DNA of 64,000 nucleotides from Octopus vulgaris (Eukaryota): assembly GCA_951406725.2 (NCBI GenBank), contig OX597819.1:55862001-55926000 (forward strand), in the 5' to 3' direction. The position numbers and the translations under genes were made by a program. The notes beneath the pieces were generated by a model. That model was not told the origin of the DNA, ran no database searches, and saw only the letters and a list, made by a program, of their open reading frames with translations. Position 1 is the first letter of the stretch, and every line of letters starts with the position of its first letter. Shown here one piece after another: positions 1 through 12,242 of this stretch.

Positions 1-370
1 AGACAAGAACGCAAAACGTCCGGACAGTTAGGTGATACAAAAATGGGACAACAAAATCTGCCGTAAGGCTTCATTTCCACACACACCAGCTTAATTTAAT
101 TCATCCTTAGTCGAAAGACACACATTGTTATGTCCTGTTATCATTTCTATTATATTTGTGTAACAATGTTTGTTTTCTTCTGTCCTTGTTTTTGTATACA
201 TTCGCTACTTTCTTCCAAGGAATCTAATGCTCTTGGCTTAGACTTTCCTTGGGGCTGGCCAGATTGGAGCAATCTCACGTATAATCAACCGAAATTGCGA
301 AGATAATCTGGTACTTGACTGAGGAAAGAAAACTTCGAATGACCCGTCCTTGTTTTCTTTGTATCGTCTA
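1..370. mobile_element. Fold-back repeat, probable Penelope-like terminal-repeat relic (family shared with 44019-44240)
   Basis: 1-50 (gacaagaacgcaaaac...gatacaaaaa) and 283-370 (aatcaaccgaaattgc...cttgactgagga...ttcgaatgacccgtcc...tgtatcgtct) resemble the two inverted arms at 44019-44240. Confidence 0.45.
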
Positions 371-377
371 TTTTTTA

Positions 378-644
378 TTTGAATTCAGAACGTAGCGGCA
401 GACGAAATACATATTTCTTTACTACCCACAAGGGGCTAAACACAGAGAGGACAAAGAAGGACAGACAAACAGATTAAGTCGATTATATCGACCCCAGTGC
501 GTAACTGGTACTTATTTAGTCGACCCCGAAAGGATGAAAGGCAAAGTCGACCTCGGCGGAATTTGAACCCAGAATGTAACGGCAGACGAAATACGGCTAC
601 GCATTTCGCCCGGCGTGCTAACGTTTCTGCCAGCTCGCCGCCTT
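378..644 (-). mobile_element. tRNA-derived SINE family A, concatemeric copy
   Basis: Reverse complement of head ggcggcgagctggcagaaacgttagcacgcc, B-box gggttcaaattc, core gcctttcatcctttcggggtcg, tail ccccttgtgggtagtaaagaaata, then restart at tatttcgtctg. Confidence 0.85.
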
Positions 645-789
645 GTGTGTGTTCTGAAATTTAATTTTCCCATGTGGAAGTGAAACAAGAAAATAGAATA
701 GGTATAAATGCATGCATGCATACATACATACATACATACATACATACATACATACATACATACATACATACATGCATACATACATACAT

Positions 790-1200
790 ACAGCTGGTAG
801 AATCGTAACTGCGCCGGACAAAATGCTTAGAAGCATTTCTTCCAACTTTGCGTTCTGTGTTCAAATGCCGCCGAGATCAACTTTGCCTGTTATCTTTTTG
901 GGGTCGATAAAATAAGTACCTGCGGTCTATTTAATCGACTTGATCTCTTTTCCGAAATTGCTGGCCTTGTGCCAAAATTTGAAACCAATATCACAGCGTA
1001 CGGCCCCAAAGTGACAGAATGGTTAGCATGTCGAACAAAATGCATAGCAGCATTTCTTCCGGCTTTACATTCAGAGTTCAAATGCTGCCGGGGTCGACTT
1101 TCCCTTTCATCTTTTCGGGGTTTTTAAAACAAGTACGACTTACTCCGTTACCCCAACCCCACGAAATAGCTGACCTTGTTCCAAAATTTGAAACCAGAAA
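790..1200 (+). mobile_element. Two diverged SINE family A copies
   Basis: agctggtagaatcgtaa...gttcaaat...ggggtcgataaaataagtacc...ccaaaatttgaaacc pattern occurs twice. Confidence 0.7.
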
Positions 1201-2028
1201 TTATTGTGTACTTCAGTGATTATTAATTACCATAGAAACAATACGCGTAATTAAATAATTAAAGCAAAAAACAAAAAAAAAAAACAACAGCAACAAAAAA
1301 CAAAAGCAACAAAAAACAAAAAAAAAAAAAAAAAAAAAATTGTCATGCACGCACATACACACAAAAACACAAGAAACAAGATGTTACCGAAGAATATCTT
1401 TCACTGAAGGTTTAAACGTATAGCTTGTTTTTCAATTTAAGTGACACACAAAGAGATTTAACAGACACTAAATATTTGTCAAAAATAACAAATATCTGTC
1501 ATTTAACGTCTTTCGTGTTTTCATTTTCAAATGCAAGTAAATTATTGCAAAATGTTTGCCAAATGACATTTTTTAGCAACAGCTTGTGTATCGTTGTTTA
1601 GCTTTAGTTAAACCTAATTTTATGAAAGCGAAGTCGTAAGAATATTGTCAAACTGAATGAGTTTATGAACACTCAGGCAATATATCATACATGTTGGAAG
1701 AATAAATGGCTCTGAGACACCATCTCTATGAAAAAAATCACCTAGTTAAATAAACGTCGACGATTTAAATGTAGCGGACATCAAAGAGCTTACTAGAAAA
1801 AAAAATCATGCGACGAGGGAAAAATAAGAAGCAATACTAGATTTTGGCATATATTGTAACATAATTGCTAGGCTTTTACGAAATTATGGAGCTAAACCCG
1901 GACATGTTTTGGTTGTATTAGATCTCCTCAGGGAAGCATTGATTTCATCGTATCCGCCAAATCGGTGATGAGAGACTAAAGCTGATTTCTTCCAGAACGA
2001 GACGAACAGATAAAAAAGAAAGAAACGA

Positions 2029-2070
<42 letters not shown>

Positions 2071-2781
2071 GGAGAGAGAAAGAGAGAGTAAATGGGTGAG
2101 TGAGAGTGAGAAGAGTCAACTTCAGCCCAAGATTGGTATTTATTTATCGACCCAGAAGAGACGAAATTTAAACTTGATTGCAGCAGGAATTGAACTCAGA
2201 ATGCAAAATGATTACTTATATCCAACACCCAATGAAACTAAGGGTAATTTACTTAAAGTAGTGAGTAAGAAAATTTTGATTAATTAAAATTATACTTGTA
2301 GAGAGGGGAACAAATCATTAGATTAATGCTTAATTTCCGGTGCAGAAAGAGAGGGAAAATGACCCTCAAAATTTAAAATTAGGCAAAAATAAAATATATA
2401 GTCATACCCAGAGAGAGGGTATTGTTTGAGTTTAGGCTGTACGGTGACAACTCCGGACTTTTTCGGTCTTATTAAACTTTCTCATCCAAGTACTGCCATA
2501 CCTGAGAAGACTGAGAAATACGCAGTGTTTTAATGAATAAACATTGCTAGGTGTAGCATCTTAAAAGAACGACGGAGGAGCTTTCTGTCTATAAAACACA
2601 CAGAACAATGAAATTTATATATATATCAGGGAATAAGAAACTATGTGATTACACAATTTCTTGTCCCTTTGTTATTTGTATAATCTCATTATGCTCTGTA
2701 CACGATTAAAGTTCTTTTTTCTAAAGCATATGTATATTGGATTCTAACACCTGGTTATTAGTATCACTATGCCTAAGAGGA

Positions 2782-2816
<35 letters not shown>

Positions 2817-2857
2817 ATGATGTGAAACAAAAAATTTTAAATTCATAATAAACAAAT

Positions 2858-3019
2858 AGGCGTAGGAGTGGCTGTGTGGTAAGTAGCTTGCTTACGAACC
2901 ACATGGTTCCGGATTCAGTCCACTGCGTGGCACCTTGGAAAATTGTCTTCTACTATAGCCTCGGGTCGACCAAAGCCTTGTGAGTGGATTTGGTAGACGG
3001 AAACTGAAAGAAGCCCGTC

Positions 3020-3089
<70 letters not shown>

Positions 3090-3305
3090 ATGTTTGTGTG
3101 TCTGTGTTTGTCCCACTAACATCGCTTGACAACCGATGCTGGTGTGTTTAGGTCCCCGTAACTTAGTGGTTCGGCAAAAGACACCGATAGAATAAGTACT
3201 AGGCTTCCAAAGAATAAGTCCTGGGGGTTGATTTGCTCGATTAAAGGCGGTGCTCCAGCATGGCCGCAGTCAAATGACCGAAGCAAGTAAAAGAGTAAAA
3301 GAATA
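2858..3305 (+). mobile_element. tRNA-derived SINE family B with internal (TA)n(TG)n
   Basis: Head aggcgtaggagtggctgtgtggtaag (A box), ggattcagtcc (B box), internal microsatellite, 3' ggtgctccagcatggccgcagtcaaatgac and aagtaaaagagtaaaag tail; >12 further copies in window. Confidence 0.9.
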
Positions 3306-3613
3306 AATAAAGGGATCTCAGAAACAGAACATTCCGTACAAGGAATACACGCTGAAAATAAAACAAAAGAATAACCACCAGCACCACTCATGTAATAAGG
3401 TGCTTACTAAAAATAAAGGTAATATAACTGAAGCTGCCATACATAAATTATGGGCCCTCAAACCCCCAAATAATTGCAACAAAAACAATTGCATATCAAG
3501 TGGAGGAATTAAAAAAAAAAACAGTGAAAATAGCACAACTGTATATAACATAGGAGGAAGAGACAAATCATCCTAAAAAAAACAAAAAAAACAGCTAAAA
3601 CAGACTTAGAAAA

Positions 3614-4157
3614 AAACTCATCTCCAAAATCCCAAACTCATCTCCAAAATCCCAAACTCATCTCCAAAATCGCAAACTCATCTCCAAAATCCCAAACTCA
3701 TCTCCAAAATCCCAAACTCATCTCCAAAATCCCAAACTCATCTCCAAAATCGCAAACTCATCTCCAAAATCCCAAACTCATCTCCAAAATCCCAAACTCA
3801 TCTCCAAAATCCCAAACTCATCTCCAAAATCGCAAACTCATCTCCAAAATCGCAAACTCATCTCCAAAATCCCAAACTCATCTCCAAAATCGCAAACTCA
3901 TCTCCAAAATCCCAAACTCATCTCCAAAATCCCAAACTCATCTCCAAAATCCCAAACTCATCTCCAAAATCCCAAACTCATCTCCAAAATCCCAAACTCA
4001 TCTCCAAAATCGCAAACTCATCTCCAAAATCGCAAACTCATCTCCAAAATCGCAAACTCATCTCCAAAATCCCAAACTCATCTCCAAAATCCCAAACTCA
4101 TCTCCAAAATCCCAAACTCATCTCCAAAATCCCAAACTCATCTCCAAAATCCCAAAC
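3614..4157. repeat. Minisatellite, 27 x 20-bp unit AAACTCATCTCCAAAATC(C/G)C
   Basis: Directly visible head-to-tail array, units differ at a single C/G position. Confidence 0.97.
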
Positions 4158-5090
4158 GTCACGAAAGAATATTGGTAAAAAATCACATGCACTGAGAGAA
4201 ATATCAGTCAAATGTTCCTTTGAACACCTCATCATCTCAAAGAAGAAGGGGTAAGTACGATGTAGGTGTAGGGACTATATGAGATAGTTATCAATAGAAT
4301 GCTCTGATAATAGGTTTGCTGAATGATAAATGAAAGTTGAGTAAGGACTAAACGATAACAACCATGAGAATGACGGGGGTAAATAATACGTACACCGACC
4401 GTTTTCGGCGTAACAAAAACCCTAACCTTAACCCTAACGCTAAACCCTATGTTGTACATAGTTGACCAAAAGTAAGAATGCAATCTCAAGAAAAGAGAAG
4501 AGACTCGGAAAGTAAAAGAAAAATTGAAACAATTACAACTAGGCAAGGAAACAAAACAACAACAACATACCGGATGAGAAAATTTGGAAAAACCAAAAAA
4601 AAAAACAAAAAACCCCAGGATCGCTTCCTCAGTCAGAATCCTGAATTTTGTTGGGATACTGAAAACTTTCGTAGGACCTAAAACAAAAAATAACCATAAA
4701 CCTAACTCTCGGTGATTACACCCAAAAATTAAAGAATATATGGAATGGTGAAGTACAACCTTAATAAGAACGTACGTACATTAGAAAGGAGAAGGCGAAT
4801 ATAAAGATAAAATAACACTGCAGTCATGGATCAGAGGGGAAATTTTCAATACAATGAAGACCACTAATAACTGGAAAACTTCCAGAAATAGTCCAATTCC
4901 CCAATCTCTGGTTAAAGTACTGGGTTGGCAACTAAGTTCCCGCCGCTTTTTAAAATTTTGGAATTTATTGCGTTTTTAAATTTTGGAATATATTTTTTTT
5001 AGAGAATTCTATCTTTGAATCATTTTGGAGTCTATTTTGTTTTTTTCTAGTTAATTTTAGTTAAGTTTTGTTTATTTTCAGTTAATTAAA

Positions 5091-6141
5091 ATGGAATGTC
5101 AGGTTAAGAAAAACGAGCATTTTCGACACCTCCTTCTTTTTGCTTTTAATCAAGGTTCTAAGGCCGCAAAAGCTGTTCGCAACATTTGTGCTGTGTATGG
5201 ATAGGGTGCCTTAGCTGAAAGAACCGCTCGTGATTAGTATGCCAAGTTCAAAAATGGAAATTTTGACCTGAAAGACGCACCTCGCTTTGGCCGTCCGGTT
5301 GAGTTCGATGAAGAGCGATTAAAACAACTTTTGCATGAAAATTCTCGTCAAACAACAAGGGAACTGGCAGAGAAAATGGAATGCTCCCACACTGCTATAG
5401 AGAAGCATCTTCACTCGATGAGAAAGGTTAAGACGTATGGAGCATGGGTTCCGCATGCTTTAAGTGACAAGAACAAAAATCAACGAGCCACAATCTCCGC
5501 TAGTTTGCTTGCTCGTCACCGCTCAACTCATGGACACAAGCAACGATTTCTTTACCGAATCGTTACTGGCGACGAAAAATGGTGACTGTACATCAATATG
5601 AAGCAGCGTAAGAAATGGCTTAGCTCCAGTAAAGAAGTGACACCGCGCGTGAAACAAGATCTTCATCCGCATAAAACGATATTGTGCATATGGTGGGACT
5701 GGGAAGGGATTATCCATTTATCCATTACGAATTGCTTGAACGGAACCAAACGGTCAACGCAGAGCTCTATGTTCAACAGATAGAACAACTCAACGCGGCT
5801 ATTCAAGGGAAAAGGCCTAATCGGCAGCATGGAGTTCTTCTGCTGCACGACAACGCCCGCCTTCATATTGCCAATATGACCAAGGAAGCCATTCAAACGC
5901 ATGGCTGGGAAGTGCTGCCACACCCGCCGTACTCTCATGGTTTGGCACCAACGGATTTCCACCTCTTTCGATCTCTTTCAAATGTTATGCGCGGAGTTTC
6001 GTTCAATACTGATGCAGAATTGAGAGTTTGGTAGATCAATTTTTCGAGACGAAATCGGGGGATTTCTACCAACGAGGTATTGAAAATCTTGTTGAACGTT
6101 GAGATGTTATGAACAACAAGGGTGAATACATTATTGATTAA
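5091..6141 (+). pseudogene. Mariner transposase pseudogene
   Basis: MECQVKKNEHFRH start, WVPHAL, TGDEKW, HDNAR, HPPYSHGLAPTDFHLF and GEYIID* end; several in-frame stops and frameshifts. Confidence 0.95.
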
Positions 6142-6179
6142 TTAACTATTATTTTTTATCAAACCTTTTAAAAAATTTC

Positions 6180-6488
6180 GTTTTTGGATTTGGTTTGCAA
6201 GATTCTTTATGTGAGTTCATGTGTTGAAGCATATTCCGTTGTGTCTGGGAGAGTCATTTTTTTTTGTGCCTTATTATATAACACACTCACCAGTAAAATT
6301 TTCACGTTTTTCTTATTTTTATTGTCCTAAAATTTTCGTTGCATCTTGCAACCTCTTCAAAACTATTGAAAAGGCTGCAAGACGCAACGAAAATTGTAGG
6401 ACAATAAAAATAAGAAAAACGTGGAAATTTTACCGGTGAGTGTAAAATAATAAGGCACAAAAAGAAAATGACTCTCCCCAGACACAAC
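6180..6488. mobile_element. Fold-back insertion inside the mariner, with hammerhead-like motif near its axis
   Basis: Arms 6238-6360 and 6366-6488 are near reverse complements; imperfect flanking duplication taaaaaattt on both sides; same family at 29651-29826. Confidence 0.8.
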
Positions 6489-7679
6489 TTATAAAAAATT
6501 TAAATTTAAAAAACGGCAGGAACTTAGTTGCCAACCCAATACTTAAGCATTGCACGTAAAAACACAGTAATTCAGTGAATTATCATTGATACCAGAATCA
6601 GCACATCACTGGTTACAAAAAAAAAAAAGAGAAAATGATAATTCTATAAAACGAAACATGTTACAGATTTGAACATCTACAGACCTGTTTATAAAGAATG
6701 TACAAAATCCCGGGGGATGTACTCTCCTGTAAGCTGAGTGTCCATCTGGAAGATATCATTCCACTAGAAAAATAATAAAAGGATAATGGAAAGGGTTGTT
6801 TAGAAGCAAAGAAAAAATAATTGTACTCTGAACACTTATTGAAACTAAGCCTGGCATGGATTGATTACTGAAAAACTTTGACAAGAAAAGCATTCTGCTG
6901 GAAAATGGAGGCGCTATACGTAAAGAGAGTAAGCTCGAATGCTTAGTATATCAACTGCACAATGTGAAAATGGAAAACATCAATAACACTGTATGATAAA
7001 CAGATAATAAATAATACCCATCCTCTCCTCATCAGAAGACGAATTTCAAGGAGACTCTTTACGTCTACTACTTTTTTGTCTAGCTCTGACTTCACAAACA
7101 AATTAGTTGAATCAAACGATCAAAAGCAACAAATTTTATGGAAAAAGCTGTCATCCATGTCCTGCTTACGAATGATTTAGAACGATGTACAATAGATACA
7201 ACTCATTTGGAGAATCTATTGAAAACTATACGTGTATTCAACAGTGATATTAAAATGAGTATGGGATTAGACAGATAAGCCACATAAGCCAAATTTTCTA
7301 TAAGGAGAAGCAAATGAATTAAAATTCAAAACATTTGATTAAAATTAGTCACTGAAATGAGAGCATTAGAACAGAATCACTCAAGTATGTAGGTTAAGAT
7401 GAAACTGATAAAACGCGAAAAATAAAGGAGAAAATTACCAAAGACAGCTAAAGGAGACTTGGACGAATATTAAAACGACATCAATGCCAGAAACAGATAA
7501 TAGATATAAATACACCAGACATAGCAATCAGTAAGTGGACAGAAAAATACATAGGCATGGAAACCAGACAACTACGCATTTCATTTGAAAGTGATATAGA
7601 TAGGAAATAACAGATGAAGAGGCAGAAAGTAGTCTGATACAAAGAGAAAATTATCACAAAGAAACCAATGGCTAGAAAA

Positions 7680-8100
7680 ACTCTTTCAGCCTACAGCCCC
7701 ACTGTCCCAAGCTCCTACACTTCCGTACTTGTACATTTTCACTCACCTATACTTCAAAGTTCCCACACGCACCTCATATCACACATACATACACCTCTCT
7801 CTATGGCCATCTCTTTACACGGATAACCTCCCATGCATACACACATCACGCTGCCTCTTCAGCCTGTTCTAACTTTTCCCATAGATCCTTTTTCCTACCT
7901 GGCCCCGAAACTTTTTTTTCAACTCCCTTTTTTCTTTTTATTTTACCCATCAACTTTTCTCATTCCTTACTTTTTTCTGATGAAGGACTAGAGTCCGAAA
8001 CATCAACTCTTTCTGTCCCTTCTTTTTAAGTGTTAAACGAACACAACGTTTGTTAAATCTTATCGTCCCACCCATCATGTTTTTGTGCTCATTACCCAAG
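7680..8100 (+). mobile_element. Penelope-like terminal-repeat fragment
   Basis: Pyrimidine-rich segment interrupting the A-rich LINE relic and containing a minimal hammerhead motif. Confidence 0.55.
7975..8006 (+). ncRNA. Minimal type I hammerhead ribozyme motif
   Basis: tt-CTGATGA-a-ggac(taga)gtcc-GAA-ACAT-C-aa: intact CUGAUGA/GAAA core and 4-bp stem II; stem III ACAT is one substitution from palindromic ACGT. Confidence 0.65.
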
Positions 8101-8119
8101 CAAAAAAAAAAAAAACCAT

Positions 8120-8427
8120 AAACATGGCCCTTTTCAAGCCTAGCCAGGCTCATGGACCCGGTTTCCCGGTTTCTGTGGCGTATGTGTTCCTCCCAGCTGG
8201 ACGTGACGCCAGTCCATCACAGCGTTACTCAAGAAACAGGAAGAGAGAGTGAGAGAAAGTTGTGGCGAAAGAGTACAACAGGGGTCGCCACCACCCCTTG
8301 CCGGAGCCTTGTGCAGCTTTCTAGGTATTTTCTCTCAATAAACACACACAACGCCCGGTCTGGGAATCGAAACCGTGAACCTCCGACCGCGAGTCCGCTG
8401 CCCTAACCACTGGGCCATTGCGCCTCC
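8120..8427 (-). mobile_element. tRNA-derived SINE family C
   Basis: Reverse complement of ggaggcgcaatggcccagtggttagggcagcggactcgcggtc...ggtttcgattccc; other copies at 9299, 55790 and 58455. Confidence 0.88.
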
Positions 8428-9298
8428 ATACCAAGGCAAAAGTAGACCAATAATTGTTATGAAGAAAAACAGACAGAACTTTCCCTTATATATGAAACAC
8501 CAAAGTACAAACCAGAATCTAATTAAGATGTTAGAAAAAGTTTCTATACAGTAAAAAAAAAATTTGGACAAAAGATTAACAAGAACAAAAACACAAAATC
8601 GAAGTGGATTTCCTCAAAATACTAAAGGAAACCTCTTCCTGGTTCGTATGCCGTTCGGCTAGACTGAAAGAAAGTGAGTCAATAGGAAGAAAATAGGAAA
8701 AAAGCCAACAATGGCTCGAAATAACTGAAATAAAAGCAGGAGCAAATGTCTATCTGGTTTTCACTTCAAAAGATCAGCGTGTAATCATCCATCATTAAAT
8801 AATGAAACACGAGACTAATGTCATCTATAGATTAAGAATTAGTTACATTATTTTTTGCTGCCCAGTGTTCACAAGGACAGAATACATCCTTTGTAGGCAA
8901 CCGCATTCACATGAAAACTGAGAATATGTAGTATAATCACTCAACATACTGATGTGTGAGAATGTCACTACCGCGGCATTTTGGGATGTGGCTACCCTGA
9001 TCGGTAAGAAGATTATCATAATCAAGGACGTCAATGGTGAGTTATTATCACGGTACAGCGAGCTGGCAAAATCATTAGAGGGTCGCAACAATGCTTTGCA
9101 GTATTTATTTTGGCTCTTTGTATTCTGAATTTAAATCTAGCCAAGGGTAACTTTGCTTTTCTTCCTTTAGGGGGTCGATAAGATTGAATACCAGTTAAGT
9201 AGTAGGATCAATGTCATCAACTTACTTTTCCTTACAAAATTGCTGGGATTGTGCTAGAATTTAAAAGCATTAACAATAATGCTAATAGTTTTACCAGT

Positions 9299-9610
9299 GG
9301 AGGCGCAATGACCCAGTGGTTAGGGCAGCGGATTCGCGGTCGGAGGGCTACGGTTTCGATTCCCAGACCGGACGTTGTGTGTGTTTATTGAGCGAAAACA
9401 CATAAAAAGCTCCACGAGGCAGGTGTGGTGGCGACCCCTTTTGTACTCTTTTGCCCCAACTTTCTCTCACTCTTTCTTCCTGTTTCTTGAGTAACGCTGC
9501 GATGGACAGGCGTCCTGTCCAGCTGGGGGTAACATATACGCCACAGAAACCAGGAAACCGAGCCCATGAGCCTGGCTAGGCTTGAAAAGGGCGCATAAAT
9601 AAATAATAAA
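9299..9610 (+). mobile_element. tRNA-derived SINE family C
   Basis: ggaggcgcaatgacccagtggttagggcagcgg head, B box ggtttcgattccc, tail gcttgaaaagggcgcat(aaat)n. Confidence 0.88.
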
Positions 9611-9966
9611 AATTTTACCGCGAAGGCGCGTGGCTCAGTGGTTAGGGTATTTGACTCGCAATCGTGAGTTGGTATCCGGAGGCGCGTCGTGTCCTTGAAC
9701 AAGACACTTTATTTCACGTCATTCCAGTTCCTTCAGCTTGCAAAAGTGAGTAGTACCTATATTTCAAAGGGCCACTGGGTTGCAAAGTTAGCCTCTTAAG
9801 CACACAGCTCATTATTTCTTTTTATAATATATCTAGTTAAAAAACAAACAAAAAAAACAAAAACAAAACAAACCCTCTGTGTAACCTACCAACTTGTAAA
9901 TATTCGAGTTTACAAAATTTTTGACATAATAACTAGTAAGACAGAACATTACGTACTCCACAACAA

Positions 9967-10180
9967 GGAGCGAGCTGGCAGAATCGTTAGCACGCCGGGC
10001 CAAATGTTTAATGGTATTTCGTCTGCTGCTACGTTCTGAGTTCAACTTCCGCCGAGGTAGACTTTACCTTTCATCATTTTAGGAGTCGATAGATTAAGCA
10101 CCAATGAAACACTGGAGTCGATGTAATCGACTATCCCCTCCCTTTCAATTTCAGGTCTTGTTCCTACAGTAGAAAGGATT
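9967..10180 (+). mobile_element. SINE family A monomer
   Basis: gcgagctggcagaatcgttagcacgccggg head through tail caggtcttgttcctacagtagaaaggatt. Confidence 0.85.
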
Positions 10181-10579
10181 CTGTACTCCACAGCAGTTTA
10201 ATTCGTACCACTACCTCAGACAACACCAATCGCTTATTAAGTAATTCGTTAGGACCTGGAACCATAGTTTCCAAACTAGCGAGCATATTTCAAATTTGGC
10301 TTTAACTTTTTTACTGCGGAAATCAGATATATAAAAATTTCATTGCTCTTAATTGCAGACGGCAGTTTTATATACCAATTTATTTTTTGTTGAGTAATGT
10401 AGTTTAAAACCGTTTTTATTTTGTTTCGTTTAGATATGTCAAGTTTATTGAAGCAACGTGACTTGCAGAAAATACCAATTCTATTTTTGGTAGATATTTA
10501 ACATCATCATTGGAAAAAATTTAATTCTGCAGTTAAAGCGTTAAAAGAAATATGGCGAATCAATATTCGCCATTTCTTG

Positions 10580-10979
10580 GGTGACGAGCTGGCAGAAATG
10601 TTAGCACGCCGGGTGAAATGCTTTGCGGTATTTCGTCTGCCGCTACGTTCTGAGTTCAAATTCCGCTGAGGTCGACTTTGCCTTTCATACTTTCTGGGTC
10701 GATTAAATAAGTACCAGTTACGCACTAGGGTCGATATAATCGACTTAATCCGTTTGTCTGTCCTTGTTTGTCCTCTCTGTGTTTAGCCCCTTGTGGGTAG
10801 TAAAGAAATAGAAATAGGTATTTCGTCTGTCTTTACGTTCTGAGTTCAAATTCCGCAGAGGTCGACTTTGCTTTTCGGGGTCGAAAAATTAAGTACCAGC
10901 TGCGTACTGGTGTCGATCTAATCGTCTGGTTTCCTCCCCCAAAATTTCGGGCTTTGTGCCTCGAGTAGAAAAGAATATT
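10580..10979 (+). mobile_element. SINE family A dimer (tail T1 unit joined to tail T2 unit)
   Basis: Junction gtaaagaaatagaaatag|gtatttcgtctg at ~10800-10830. Confidence 0.88.
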
Positions 10980-11682
10980 GGGTCTTGGAAATTAGGTTTG
11001 GTAAAAAACTAAAAATACTGAAAGCAATCATAAGATGAAAATTAATTTTGACTGAAGGGTCTTTAGTAGTTAGAGTGTTACACTCACTAGGTCGTGGTTT
11101 CGATTCTCGAACTGGACAGTACGTTGTGTTTTTGAGCAAACATATTTCATTTTCCGTTGCTCCAGTTTATTAAGCTGCGAGTAATCTTGCGACGGACTGC
11201 TGGGATTTTCGTCACTTATACATCATGGAGACTGGTAACCGGCCATGTGAGTCCTAGGACTCGTGATGGTAATGTCCAGGGCTTGATAATGATGATGATG
11301 ATGATGACGGTGACGACGATCAGGAGGAGTTTTTGCAGATTCTGAAACTCCAGAATAGTAAATTAATTCTTATATTTAAACTGACGCAGTTGTGTAAATC
11401 AAATTTTGGTTGTAGCTGTAAAAATACGGTAAAAACAAAAATAACAAAGCAAAATGGAAGAATCTATCATGTGTCATTGATGATTTTCTTGGATGCTGAG
11501 ATACGTGCCTTTTCAGAAATCCAATCTGAAATTCAGGAACAGAAACCTGCTAATGACAAAGAATATCACGGATTACGCTAATTTTTTTATCAGCGTTTCA
11601 CACGATTTTTGAAGAAGACAAAAACAAAAAAACAAAAAACAAAACAAAACAAAACGTAAAAGAAAGTTAAAATGCTTACTAA

Positions 11683-12082
11683 TTTACTTGTTTCAGTCAT
11701 TTGATTGTGGCCATACTGGAGCACCGCCTTTAGTCGAGCAAATCAACCCCAGGACTTATTCTTTGTAAGCCTAGTACTTATTCTATCGTCACTTTTGCCG
11801 AACCGCTAAGTTACGGGGACGTAAACACACCACCGTCGGTTGTCAAGCGATGTTGGGGGGACAAACACACACACACACACACACACATAAACAAACACAC
11901 ACATATATATACATATATACAACGGGCTTCTTTCAGTTTCCGTCTACCAAATCCACTCACAAGGCTTTGGTCGGCCCGAGGCTATAGTAGAAGACACTTT
12001 CCCAAGGTGCGACGCAGTGGGACTGAACCCGGGACCATGTGGCTGGTAAGCAACCTACTTACCACACAACCACTCCTACGTC
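11683..12082 (-). mobile_element. SINE family B, full copy
   Basis: Reverse complement match to 2858-3305. Confidence 0.9.
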
Positions 12083-12185
12083 TATGCTAATACACGATTT
12101 AAAAGTTCTTGTAAATCTATATATTTTTTCTGTGTAACAAACTTAATACTTAATTTTGAAAGTTTACGATGATAATTGTGTTAAA

Positions 12186-12242
<57 letters not shown>

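Larger units (their letters stand above)
4920..6539 (+). mobile_element. Complete mariner DNA transposon (DD34D type), inactive
   Basis: TIRs ctgggttggcaactaagttcccgccg (4920) and cggcaggaacttagttgccaacccaa (ends 6539), TA duplication at 4918-4919 and 6540-6541. Confidence 0.95.
4860..9040 (+). pseudogene. Old, heavily decayed R4/Dong-clade LINE interrupted by mariner, Penelope-like and SINE insertions
   Basis: Remnant motifs colinear with the young element at 31886-36044: NWK...NLWLKY|LS (4869-4919/6540), SLAWIDY*K (~6848), frameshifted IRR..FQGDSL.LLLFCLAL (~7030-7090), HVLLTNDL (~7156, YMDD box), HIIFCCPVFTRTEYI (~8845). May extend further 5'. Confidence 0.75.

Noticed and set aside
3614-4157. 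CRISPR-like regular repeat
   Set aside because: Units are contiguous with no unique spacers, no cas genes, eukaryotic context
9299-9370. tRNA gene
   Set aside because: tRNA-like A/B boxes continue into a shared SINE body in several copies; these are SINE heads
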